This document shows positions 42,868-51,388 of a DNA stretch of 60,094 bases, in pieces. The notes under the pieces were generated by a model, which saw nothing but the letters and a program-made list of their open reading frames with translations, made no database searches and was not told where the DNA came from. Source of the DNA: Candidatus Micrarchaeota archaeon (GTDB taxonomy: Archaea; Micrarchaeota; Micrarchaeia; Micrarchaeales; CABMGC01); the NCBI GenBank assembly GCA_021828295.1, contig JAKASF010000003.1, forward strand, positions 1 to 60,094, given 5' to 3'. The number at the start of each line of letters is the position of its first letter. Position 1 is the first letter of the stretch. The position numbers and the translations under genes are program-made.

Positions 42868-43917
42868 ATGATAGAGACTATATTTGCTCCTTCTAGCACA
42901 AAGCTGGCCGGAGAACACACCGTTGTTCTTGGTACTGACTGTATCTCTGCAGCCGTAGACAAACCCGCCAAAACAAGAGTGGAGACCATTAGCGATTCCA
43001 AAATAAAGATTAATCTGTCTGACGAGAAGTTCAAAGCATCAAGGAGCTTCTCTTCGGAAGAGCTAACGAGCCTTTTCAGATCGTGGAAAGAGAAGAAGAG
43101 CATAGACTCGTTCATAACCGAAAACAAAGAGCTCTCAGGGACGATGCTTGCGTTTGCGCACATCGCCGCCAGGGCGAAGGTCGAGTTCGGACTTGACATC
43201 ATGGGATCCGAATTTACCTCCAGCTCAACTGTGCCTACGCAGTCGGGATGGGGCAGCAGCACCTCGATAGGCGCTTCGTTCGCAGGCGGTCTTCTCGCCC
43301 GCGCAAACACGCTTCTCAAGGACTCCGAAACCATAGACCTCATGAGGGACATGGATAGGATAACGCACAGAAATCCTAACGCTGGAGGTATCGACGTTCC
43401 TCCGCTCTTCTTCGGAGGTTATGTGTTCGGATCTCCAAAGAGAGGCTATGTTAACATCGATGTACGCACGCAGTTTAACTTTCTTGCTCCTTTCGTGGGG
43501 CGAAAACAACCCACGAGCAGCATGGTGTTTGTGGTAGACGTAAGGAAGCACACCTATCCGGAGAGCACGCGGTCCATCTGTGATTCTGTGCAACGCATCG
43601 TTGGCGAAGAGGTGGTCGCCCTGCAGGAAAGCGATGCTTCAGGACTGGGTCGCCTGATGTTCGAGAATCATCGGCTGCTTAAGGAACTCTGGGTATCGAG
43701 CGAGAAGCTGGACGAGATGGTCTCGATTGCGGAGAAGTGGGGCGCATACGGAGCGAAGCTGGTAGGAGGCGGGGGCGACGGAGCCGGCCTGATCAACTGC
43801 GATCCAGAACTCAATAGCACAATGATCCAAATGATGAGGCGCTCCGGATTCAGCTGCGAACAGATTGAAATAACTGACATTGGTGTCAAGAGGCAGCTCG
43901 AAGCAATAATCAGGTAA
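42868..43917 (+). CDS. mvk: GHMP kinase, mevalonate kinase-like
   Basis: This is the C-terminal 349 aa of the artefactual 792-aa track ORF. FAPSSTKLAGEHTVV, GHMP motif SGWGSSTSIGASFAGGL and GAKLVGGGGDGAGL. Confidence 0.8.
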   Translation: MIETIFAPSSTKLAGEHTVVLGTDCISAAVDKPAKTRVETISDSKIKINLSDEKFKASRSFSSEELTSLFRSWKEKKSIDSFITENKELSGTMLAFAHIAARAKVEFGLDIMGSEFTSSSTVPTQSGWGSSTSIGASFAGGLLARANTLLKDSETIDLMRDMDRITHRNPNAGGIDVPPLFFGGYVFGSPKRGYVNIDVRTQFNFLAPFVGRKQPTSSMVFVVDVRKHTYPESTRSICDSVQRIVGEEVVALQESDASGLGRLMFENHRLLKELWVSSEKLDEMVSIAEKWGAYGAKLVGGGGDGAGLINCDPELNSTMIQMMRRSGFSCEQIEITDIGVKRQLEAIIR

Positions 43918-43923
43918 AACCAC

Positions 43924-45018
43924 GTGGATCGCATGCAGGAGAAGGTCTTCACCGCTACGGGCTCTCCCAACATAGCCCTCATCAAGTACTGGGGCCAGAG
44001 GAACGAGGAGCTCGTGCTTCCTTTCAATTCATCGATAAGCATGACTCTGCGCGGAATTAACCAGCCGCTCATGACAGCAACGAGCGTGATGTTCTCCGGG
44101 AGGCTCAGCGAAGACGTCTTCTACGTGGACGGCAAGTTCGAACCAGACCCGAAGGGCGCGAAGAGGGTTGCGGAAGCGATAAGGGCACGCTCAGGGACAA
44201 AGGAGCACCTGCTCATGGTCTCGTACAACTCGTTTCCGAAGGCGAGCGGCATCGCGTCGAGCGCCTCAGCGAGCGCTACGTTTGCGTTCGTCGCGTCGCA
44301 GGCCCAGCAGCTTCAATTGTCGCCCAAAGAATTGTCGATACTGGCGAGGCTTGGGAGCGGAAGCGCTGCAAGAGGCGTATACGGAGGGTTCGTCAGATGG
44401 AACCACGGGATACAGGTCGATGGCAGCGACTCGTACGCCGAGCAGGTATTTGACGAGAGCTACTGGCCGGAGCTCAACGACCTCATAGTCATAGTGTCGC
44501 CGATGCCGAAGAAGGTTTCCAGCAATGAGGGCCACAGGCTGACAAGGGACACGAGCCCTCTCTTCAGTAGCAGGCCCGCGTTCGCGGAGAACGGCGCCGG
44601 GGTTATAGAGCGGGCCCTGCGGGATAGGGACTTCGAGGCTCTGGGTATAGCCACGATGCGCGACAGCGACAACATGCACGCAACAGCTGAGACGAGCTGG
44701 CCTCCGATAATCTACAGGAATGCCGATTCGAGGAGAATAATGGAGTACGTGACCGAGCTCAACGAGATATACGGAAGCGTGGTCGCAGCCTATACGTTCG
44801 ATGCGGGCCCAAACGCCCACATAATCACGACCGACGAGTTCAAGGGCAAAATACTCGAAGGGCTGAACGAACTAGGCTTCATGAATGTCATAGAGGCCAA
44901 GGCGGGCCCCGGCCCGAGACTGCTTGACGCAGAGTTCGACCTGATAGACAACTCGACACTGCTTCCAAAGGAACAGGACATGTCCAGCTACTTCTCCAGC
45001 ATCAAACGGCAGCTCTAG
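43924..45018 (+). CDS. mevalonate (di)phosphate decarboxylase family protein; substrate not assignable from sequence
   Basis: 364 aa. GSPNIALIKYWGQRNEELVLPFNSSISMTL, ASGIASSASA and LGSGSAARG are MVD-family blocks. GTG 43924 or ATG 43933 as start. Confidence 0.8.
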   Translation: MDRMQEKVFTATGSPNIALIKYWGQRNEELVLPFNSSISMTLRGINQPLMTATSVMFSGRLSEDVFYVDGKFEPDPKGAKRVAEAIRARSGTKEHLLMVSYNSFPKASGIASSASASATFAFVASQAQQLQLSPKELSILARLGSGSAARGVYGGFVRWNHGIQVDGSDSYAEQVFDESYWPELNDLIVIVSPMPKKVSSNEGHRLTRDTSPLFSSRPAFAENGAGVIERALRDRDFEALGIATMRDSDNMHATAETSWPPIIYRNADSRRIMEYVTELNEIYGSVVAAYTFDAGPNAHIITTDEFKGKILEGLNELGFMNVIEAKAGPGPRLLDAEFDLIDNSTLLPKEQDMSSYFSSIKRQL

Positions 45019-45821
45019 CCTCTGATGATGGTGCACCGCTCGATTCTCTTTCCTGTCAGGGCATCGGCCACGCTGTCCTCTCTGCCACAGTTGATTATCA
45101 TTCCTTCGCTCTTGGCCTTCTTCACCATCGCGTGCAGCGAAGCAAGCTTTGTCCTCATTCCTCCAGTCACGTCTATTTTCGTGGAGCCCGACGCGTAGTT
45201 CAAGACGCGCTGTGCGTTTTCAGAGTCAACCATTCTGATCAGTTTCGCATCCGCATATACCTTCGGATCCTTGTCGAAGACTCCGTCAACATCGGTTGCC
45301 AATATTATCCTGCTCGGGTTCAGGTGCTCTGCAAGAAACGTGAAGACGTCTTCCGTAGAGGCTATGGAAACTCCCTTCCCAGAGTGCATTACCACATCTC
45401 CGTACACGACAGGTATGAAACCATGCTTGATTGCCTCCTTGATGGCGTCCGCGCTGCCCATGCCAGAGTCGTCGCTTCTCCACATCCCGAAGCTCGATGG
45501 CGAGAATGGGAAGAGCTCAAGGCCCATCCTCAGGCCTTCGCTCACAATTATTGTGTTTAGCTCCTTGGCCACCAGATGTGTCAGCGCTGCTCCTCGCCTG
45601 CTCTGCCTGTTGATTATCCCCTCGTTTATCCGATACCTCTTTGCCGGGATGTGGGCGAAAGACCCGCTCCCGTGGCCTATGACTAGGTCAAACTTCCCCT
45701 TAGCCTTCGCCTTCTTGACCTGGCTAAGGATCCGCCTTATTGCTTGCATCTTGGCCTTGCGCGGCCTGTTCTTGTAGGTTATCGCGCTTCCGCCTATCTT
45801 CAAGAAGTACAGCTTCCCCAT
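45015..45821 (-). CDS. ipk: isopentenyl phosphate kinase
   Basis: 268 aa. FLKIGGSAITYKN, VIGHGSGSFAH and TDVDGVFDKDP place it in the amino-acid-kinase fold, IPK type. Confidence 0.85.
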   Translation of the reverse strand: MGKLYFLKIGGSAITYKNRPRKAKMQAIRRILSQVKKAKAKGKFDLVIGHGSGSFAHIPAKRYRINEGIINRQSRRGAALTHLVAKELNTIIVSEGLRMGLELFPFSPSSFGMWRSDDSGMGSADAIKEAIKHGFIPVVYGDVVMHSGKGVSIASTEDVFTFLAEHLNPSRIILATDVDGVFDKDPKVYADAKLIRMVDSENAQRVLNYASGSTKIDVTGGMRTKLASLHAMVKKAKSEGMIINCGREDSVADALTGKRIERCTIIRG

Positions 45822-45895
45822 AGACCCATATACCTGTTGCTTTTCTGCCTATTTAAGCAATCGCCCGGGATTGGCACCTGTCGGAACGCTGCAGT

Positions 45896-46525
45896 CTATC
45901 TCTCCAAACGCTTGAAAAGCCTGTAGTACTCGTCCATGTAGAAAGAGTGCGCCCTCATGGCAGCCGCAAGAACAGGCCTCATCATCTCTGCAAGGAAGAG
46001 CTGTTCCGGAGGGCTGTTGCTTATGAAGGGCTTCGCTTGAAGCATAGGCCATTCCGCCGAGTAATACTTCATCTTGCCCTCCTGAAAACCCCTATACGCG
46101 CGAACTAGCACCTTCCTGGCAAGCTCCTGCGCCTCTTCCTCCCAGGGGCTGAGGGGCCCGTGGTTGTTGAGCCCGTTCAACTCATCAGGGCCTAAATAAA
46201 ACCTGTCAACCCTGTTGATCGCAGCCGCCAGCTCCCTCAGCAGCAATCCAGCCTTGAAGATGCTTATGCTTTCGTCCTCCACCCCTGAGTTGAACCTCTT
46301 CAGCAACTTGCTGAATTCATCCTCCCGCCTTGAACTCATACAGCTTTCCAGCATTTCCTCAAGCAGCGAGCCAAATGAGGTGAAAGACGCGATGCCGCCA
46401 TCCTGGTACGTGTCTGCTTCGAGAACGCAGCGCTCTACCTCGCGCGCCATCCGCTCGACTTCCACTTTCTGCTTTTCCTGTGCTTCAGGTTTCTTTCCTG
46501 TCCCTATTTTTTCGAGATTTGTCAT
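45896..46525 (-). CDS. hypothetical protein (third gene of unknown operon)
   Basis: Start trimmed to MTNLEKIG (ATG 46525), 1 nt after the stop of the upstream gene. 209 aa, no recognisable family. Confidence 0.55.
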   Translation of the reverse strand: MTNLEKIGTGKKPEAQEKQKVEVERMAREVERCVLEADTYQDGGIASFTSFGSLLEEMLESCMSSRREDEFSKLLKRFNSGVEDESISIFKAGLLLRELAAAINRVDRFYLGPDELNGLNNHGPLSPWEEEAQELARKVLVRAYRGFQEGKMKYYSAEWPMLQAKPFISNSPPEQLFLAEMMRPVLAAAMRAHSFYMDEYYRLFKRLER

Positions 46526-46526
46526 C

Positions 46527-47078
46527 TTACCACGGCCAGCGTCTATCTCTCTGCGCGTTTCGAAGGCTCGCCGCCAATGCGGCCTCTGCCAGCTGCACGT
46601 TGGCCTCCTGCTCTTGTAACTCTCTTCCCAGTGCAGCAATCTTCTTGCGAAGCCCGATCAAAGCATCTTTCTCCCCGAAAGTTTGCAGAAATTTGATTCT
46701 CTCCTTCAGCATCCTTTCCTGGCGGTCATCGAACTCGCCTACGGCACCATCTATGATTATAGCCGAAACCGCCCTCGCCTCTTCCCTCAAAAAGCTATCG
46801 ATCTTCTCGTCGTCGGCTAACAACTCCCTGGCCTTGGCTACGACGCCTCTGTGTGTCACCCCATTCTCGGCGAACTCGCTAGCATCGTAATAGTGCGTCT
46901 TTTCCAACCAGGTTATATACCTCGCGACATACGCCACAAGCGACTCTCTGTCTAACTTATCTTTGTACTCCACTGCGTGAGCAAGATGGTCACGCACTAT
47001 GTGGAAGGCGTAGTAATCGACAGTTCCGGACTTCGGTTCCTTCAGAACGGCTCCATTCGCTCGATTTGTTTTTTCCAT
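46527..47078 (-). CDS. hypothetical protein (second gene of unknown operon)
   Basis: 183 aa. Helical and acidic with a C-terminal coiled-coil-like segment. Contains VRDHLAH (an Rx4H pattern, weak evidence). No family recognised. Confidence 0.55.
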   Translation of the reverse strand: MEKTNRANGAVLKEPKSGTVDYYAFHIVRDHLAHAVEYKDKLDRESLVAYVARYITWLEKTHYYDASEFAENGVTHRGVVAKARELLADDEKIDSFLREEARAVSAIIIDGAVGEFDDRQERMLKERIKFLQTFGEKDALIGLRKKIAALGRELQEQEANVQLAEAALAASLRNAQRDRRWPW

Positions 47079-47083
47079 TTACG

Positions 47084-47497
47084 TCACCTAAATACGCGTT
47101 TCAGCGCAGCTTTCGCCTCCTCTACCTCTGCCTGATGCGTCTTGTAGTAATCGGCTATCGCCCCATCTGCTATCCTCTCAAGTTTGCGCTGAGCCCCTAT
47201 TGCAGCGTCTAACGCCTCTTCATTGTCATCCGCAGCGCTCGTGCTGCCTGCTGCAGTTCTGGACCTGTGATCTCCTAGAAGCTCGCCTGTCGAGTAATAC
47301 ACTGCGAAAGTCGGTGTCTCTATAGCGCCGGTAAACTCAAGCTCTGTTAGCCCCAAATTGTCCTTCTTTCTGGCGAACCTGGACATCGTTTCAAACAGCT
47401 CGCCCCCGTGCCTCTCCCACCTCAGGATCTGGTCCAGCGTCACCCCTTTGGATTGCGCCTCAGAGATTTTCTGTTCCTCGGACTCCTTTCTCTCCAT
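47084..47497 (-). CDS. hypothetical protein (first gene of unknown operon)
   Basis: 137 aa from ATG 47497 (MERKESEEQ); TTG 47527 is the alternative. No family recognised. Confidence 0.5.
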   Translation of the reverse strand: MERKESEEQKISEAQSKGVTLDQILRWERHGGELFETMSRFARKKDNLGLTELEFTGAIETPTFAVYYSTGELLGDHRSRTAAGSTSAADDNEEALDAAIGAQRKLERIADGAIADYYKTHQAEVEEAKAALKRVFR

Positions 47498-47549
47498 GCT
47501 TCCGCCAAGTATGCCTAGGCGCCTCAAGATATTTATACTTTACGTTTAA

Positions 47550-47570
47550 TTTACGCTAACTTAGCGTAAA
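47550..47570. promoter_or_regulatory. perfect 10-1-10 palindrome TTTACGCTAA-c-TTAGCGTAAA, candidate operator
   Basis: Read directly. Located between TATA-like ATTTATAC (47531..47538, serving the minus-strand operon) and TATATAAAG (47578..47586, serving the NrtR-like gene). An extra TTTACG half-site lies at 47539..47544. Confidence 0.6.
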
Positions 47571-47606
47571 TAATACATATATAAAGATTCGCGTTAGAAA
47601 CGTATC

Positions 47607-48236
47607 ATGCCAGCTGATTACGAGACGGCGCGCGTGGCCGTGGACCCTGTGGTGTTTACCGTTGCTGGGAAGGAGCTGCTGGTGCTGCTCAACACACGCG
47701 AGAAGGCCCCGTTTGCAGGAAGGCACGAGCTTCCCGGGGGCCTTCTGCTCAAAGGAGAAGAGCCCGAGGCGGAGCTGGAGAGGAAGCTCAGGCGTCTGTT
47801 CAACAACAGGAACGTGTACTTCACCCAATTCAGGACTTTTTATGAGTCTAGCAGAGACCCGAGGATGCGCACAGTCTCGATGGGCTACCTGGCACTCGTG
47901 CCCCAAGAGATGGTAAGCGATAGAAGCGTGTGGTTTTCAGCCTCTAAACTGCCCCCTCTCGCCTTCGATCATGCCGCTATAATAGGCGAGGCCCGCTCCT
48001 ACCTGAAGAAGAACATAAGCGCTCTTATAGCAAGGCAGTTGCTCCCTGCCAGATTTCCGCTGAATCAGCTCCAGCAAGTCTACGAAGCTATAGAAGGAAT
48101 AAGGTACGACAACCGCAACTTCAGGAAGAAGATGCTGCACGAAGGGATAGTCGAGGCTACGAGCGAGCTCATGTCCGGAAGTTCGCACAGGCCGCCAAGG
48201 CTGTACAAGTTCAAAGCACAAGTAAGGAAAAGCTGA
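47607..48236 (+). CDS. NrtR-like regulator (degenerate Nudix domain plus C-terminal winged helix)
   Basis: 209 aa. The Nudix-box region GGLLLKGEEPEAELERKLRRLF lacks the REx2EE glutamates. The C-terminal FDHAAIIGEARSYLKK, FPLNQLQQVYEAIEG, NFRKKML and RPPRLYKF are typical of NrtR proteins. Confidence 0.7.
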   Translation: MPADYETARVAVDPVVFTVAGKELLVLLNTREKAPFAGRHELPGGLLLKGEEPEAELERKLRRLFNNRNVYFTQFRTFYESSRDPRMRTVSMGYLALVPQEMVSDRSVWFSASKLPPLAFDHAAIIGEARSYLKKNISALIARQLLPARFPLNQLQQVYEAIEGIRYDNRNFRKKMLHEGIVEATSELMSGSSHRPPRLYKFKAQVRKS

Positions 48237-48241
48237 ATGTT

Positions 48242-48364
48242 CGCCGGGGTAGGGATTTGAACCCTAAATCCCGCGAGGGAACCGGTTTTCTTCGCATCAC
48301 AAGTTCAGCTCTTGAACCCTATGGATTCAAGACCGGCGCATTAACCAGATTCTGCCACCCCGGC
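48242..48364 (-). tRNA. tRNA-Ser (anticodon UGA) with canonical 37/38 intron of 38 nt (48288..48325)
   Basis: Read on the minus strand. Acceptor GCCGGGG/CCCCGGC plus G. Anticodon stem CCGGT/ACCGG with loop CTTGAA[intron]A. Long variable arm TTCCCTCGCGGGATT. T arm TAGGG-TTCAAAT-CCCTA. 123 nt in total, 85 nt when spliced. Confidence 0.85.
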
Positions 48365-48455
48365 ACGAGTAGCATTGGCAACCAAGCTTAAAATAAGTAG
48401 GCTAGGGCAAGCTTTATTATCAACCTGCCCCAATTCCAATCTGTTCGCTGATCCA

Positions 48456-49418
48456 ATGGCTGTAATAGAAACAAGGAACCTCACCAAGAGGTTTGGGAAG
48501 CTCACCGCTGTCAGCAGGCTGAACCTGAGGGTGAGCGAAGGCGAGATATTCGGACTTCTTGGCCCGAATGGGGCCGGGAAAACAACCACGCTCTCCATGC
48601 TTGCAACGCTAATCCCTCCGAGTGACGGTTCTGCGAATGTCGGCGGCTTTGACGTGAAGCGCGACCCATCGAAGGTGAGGCACAGCATAGGCTTCGTCTT
48701 CCAGGACCCCAGTTCTGACGACCTGCTTACAGGCAGGGAGAACCTCTACCTGCACGCGCTCATGTACGGCGTTGACATGCGCAACATAAACGAGAAGATG
48801 GACGACGTGCTCAAGCTCGTCGACCTGACCTCAAGGCAGCACGAGCGCGTAAGGAACTACTCAGGAGGCATGCGTCGGAGGCTGGAGCTCGCGCGTGGCC
48901 TGCTGCACGAGCCCAAGATACTCTTTTTAGATGAGCCCACTCTCGGCCTCGACCCGCAGACGAGGCAGCACCTCTGGACTTACATAAAGAAACTCTCCAC
49001 GGAGAAGAAGGTCACAATCATAATAACCACGCACTACATGGAAGAGGCGGACATGCTCTGCGACAGGCTCGCGATAATCGACCACGGCAGGGTCGTGGCG
49101 CTGGACGCACCCGATAGGCTGAAGAAAAAACTCGGCGGCGACGTGATAAAGCTCCAGGTCAAGAGGCCCAACGTCGCAGCGCTGAAGAAACTGGGCTATG
49201 TGAAGCACGTGCAGCGCGAGGACGGAACCTTGATGCTGACCGTCAGCGAGGCGAACAAGCACCTGCAGGAGATACTGAAGCGTGTCGGCGAGGTTGAGAA
49301 CGTTGAGATGAGATCGCCGACGCTGAACGACGTCTTCCTGCATTATACGGGCAGCGAGATACGCGACCAGGAGGGCGAGGGCGGCTTCTTCGAGCGGATG
49401 ATGAACAGCAACAGGTGA
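48456..49418 (+). CDS. ABC transporter ATP-binding protein (ABC-2/DrrA-like)
   Basis: Start trimmed to MAVIETRNL. Walker A GPNGAGKTT, signature YSGGMRRRL, Walker B ILFLDEPT. Confidence 0.9.
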   Translation: MAVIETRNLTKRFGKLTAVSRLNLRVSEGEIFGLLGPNGAGKTTTLSMLATLIPPSDGSANVGGFDVKRDPSKVRHSIGFVFQDPSSDDLLTGRENLYLHALMYGVDMRNINEKMDDVLKLVDLTSRQHERVRNYSGGMRRRLELARGLLHEPKILFLDEPTLGLDPQTRQHLWTYIKKLSTEKKVTIIITTHYMEEADMLCDRLAIIDHGRVVALDAPDRLKKKLGGDVIKLQVKRPNVAALKKLGYVKHVQREDGTLMLTVSEANKHLQEILKRVGEVENVEMRSPTLNDVFLHYTGSEIRDQEGEGGFFERMMNSNR

Positions 49419-49422
49419 ACCG

Positions 49423-50178
49423 ATGAGTGAACTTACTGGTTTGTACGCTCTCTGGCTCAGGGAGTTCAAAGTCTTCCAGAGGGAGAAGTCGAGGATCGTC
49501 TCGTCGCTGGTGCAGCCTCTTCTCTGGCTCGTGATCTTCGGCACCGGCCTGGGCTCAAGCATAGAGGGCATCTCCGGCACGAGCTACACCTCTTTCATAT
49601 ACCCTGGCATACTCGCCATGACCGTGCTATTCGGCTCGCTCTTCTTCGGCCTCTACATAATCTTCGACCGCAGGGTCGACTTCCTCAAGGAGGTGCTCGT
49701 CGCGCCGCTTAGCCGCACCACCATCTTCTTCGGCAAGGTCATGGGCGGGGCAACAGATGGCATAATAGAGATAGCGATGCTGATGGTTCTGGGAGCGCTC
49801 TTCTTCAGCATCCGCTTCAGCATACTCTCCGCAATAGCCACTGTGCTGATAATCCTGCTGCTCATGGTCTCGATACTCAGCGTAGGGCTGATAATAGGTT
49901 CTGTCATGACCAGCCCCGAGGGCTTCGGGCTGATAAGCAGCTTCGTCATCTTCCCGCTCTTCTTTCTGAGCGGCGCCCTATTTCCGGTGCAGAACCTGCC
50001 CTCATGGCTCTATGTCTTCGTGGTGATAAACCCTGTCACGTATGCGGTCGATGCTCTCCGAACTGTTATATTGGGGATAGGCAGCTTCGGTCTTCCCCTG
50101 GACTTCGCTGTTATGACGGCGTTTGCTGTGGCGATGGTGCTGATAGGCACACAGGCCTTCAAGCGAATGAAGGTCTGA
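49423..50178 (+). CDS. ABC-2 type transporter permease
   Basis: 251 aa with six hydrophobic segments. Lies immediately downstream of the ATPase. Confidence 0.85.
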   Translation: MSELTGLYALWLREFKVFQREKSRIVSSLVQPLLWLVIFGTGLGSSIEGISGTSYTSFIYPGILAMTVLFGSLFFGLYIIFDRRVDFLKEVLVAPLSRTTIFFGKVMGGATDGIIEIAMLMVLGALFFSIRFSILSAIATVLIILLLMVSILSVGLIIGSVMTSPEGFGLISSFVIFPLFFLSGALFPVQNLPSWLYVFVVINPVTYAVDALRTVILGIGSFGLPLDFAVMTAFAVAMVLIGTQAFKRMKV

Positions 50179-50181
50179 GCC

Positions 50182-51279
50182 CTATTCCCTCCTAACGCTG
50201 TTCACAGCGGCAACGAGGTTTGCTGTCTTCCTCCTTGCGCCTTCGATGCCGTGTATTGTTTCATCCTTCCCCGAAGCCCACCCGCACCCATTCGAAGCGA
50301 TTATCTCCTTCCCTACCGCGTCAACTGCGGCTTCGTATCTTGCCGCGAGCTCGCCTACCGGCTCAACGTTCCTTGTTTTTACGCTGAGTATTCCCAGCGA
50401 TATGTCGAGCCCTTTTGGAATCACGCTACTCACAGACTTTATCTTCCCGAGCTCCTTGTAGTCTCTCCAGCCGTCGAAGACCTCCAGAGGCCCCAGGATG
50501 TCTGTGTGGAGCTCCACGAGTTCAACAAGGTGCCCATCGTAGTGCGTTGAGGTATCTGACTGTGTGTTCCATCCGTTACCGAAGCAGGCATGGAACTCCA
50601 GCGTTCCGCTCCCCCTCAGTGCGTCCAGCACTATGTTGTCTAGTTGGACGAGTTGCCTGATGAATCCCCTCCCTCCCGCACCCGAAACGTTAACCGTTGG
50701 CCCATCGGACTGCACGCTGTCCGCGCCCGCGGCAAAAGCCGCCCTGCCCTCATTCACATTGATTCTGGTTACGTGATCGATAAACGAGTCATAAGTGGGG
50801 TACTCTTTCTTCACGCCTTCTTGGACCTTCGCGTAGTACGCCTTTGTCTCTGGGGGCAGAAACGGCAGATCAGGGTTGGGGTAAAAGAACGACACCATCG
50901 AGTTAGACGGTATAGTGTACTTTATCCTTCTTTTGGCTCCAAGTGCATCCAAAGCGCTCTTTATCGCCTTCACCTCTGCGGTGGCAAAAGGGCGGTCAAA
51001 ATCGTACTCTATCTTCCCTGTCAATAACGGTGTCGGGAACAGATCTCCAGCAGAGAACTCATATCTACTTGCTGCCTGCGAAAAGCCCGGCAGTCCAGTC
51101 ACCCCGCCGAAGTATATCCCCCTCGTGTATTCTCCGTTGGTTATCTCTTCTATTCCGGTGCTCACCTGTATGCGTATGACCTCCTTTATCTTCGCATCAA
51201 GGTTTTCTGCATTCAAATCCTTCGGTCTCGGCCAACTTCCTACCTGGGTGGTCCTAAATGTTGTCATGTTCTCACTCAA
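50182..51279 (-). CDS. cobalamin-independent methionine synthase (MetE C-terminal domain)-like protein
   Basis: 365 aa. TTQVGSWPRPKDL, ITNGEYTRG and HACFGN resemble the Meth_synt_2 family. Confidence 0.65.
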   Translation of the reverse strand: MSENMTTFRTTQVGSWPRPKDLNAENLDAKIKEVIRIQVSTGIEEITNGEYTRGIYFGGVTGLPGFSQAASRYEFSAGDLFPTPLLTGKIEYDFDRPFATAEVKAIKSALDALGAKRRIKYTIPSNSMVSFFYPNPDLPFLPPETKAYYAKVQEGVKKEYPTYDSFIDHVTRINVNEGRAAFAAGADSVQSDGPTVNVSGAGGRGFIRQLVQLDNIVLDALRGSGTLEFHACFGNGWNTQSDTSTHYDGHLVELVELHTDILGPLEVFDGWRDYKELGKIKSVSSVIPKGLDISLGILSVKTRNVEPVGELAARYEAAVDAVGKEIIASNGCGWASGKDETIHGIEGARRKTANLVAAVNSVRRE

Positions 51280-51388
51280 AACTTAGTACGCACCTGTTTC
51301 TCCTTTATATAAATGGGTTTCTGCCACAAATATTCAAAACTGAATATTTACCAGCAAGTTTTATATATGCCAAAAGTGGAATCTATAT

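Noticed and set aside
41539-43917. 792-aa ORF, the longest in the track
   Set aside because: Its first 440 or so codons are antisense to metK and dys, both with unmistakable motifs, and have Arg/Val/His-rich shadow-ORF composition. Only the last 349 aa, from ATG 42868, are a genuine GHMP kinase.
45015-45018. Overlapping convergent stop codons of the MVD-family gene and ipk within CTAG
   Set aside because: A compact-genome curiosity with no evident functional implication.
46527-47078. Calling the middle protein of the unknown operon a HEPN RNase on the basis of VRDHLAH (Rx4H)
   Set aside because: A six-residue pattern near the N-terminus is insufficient, and HEPN motifs usually sit in the fourth helix. 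It is mentioned only as a hint to test.
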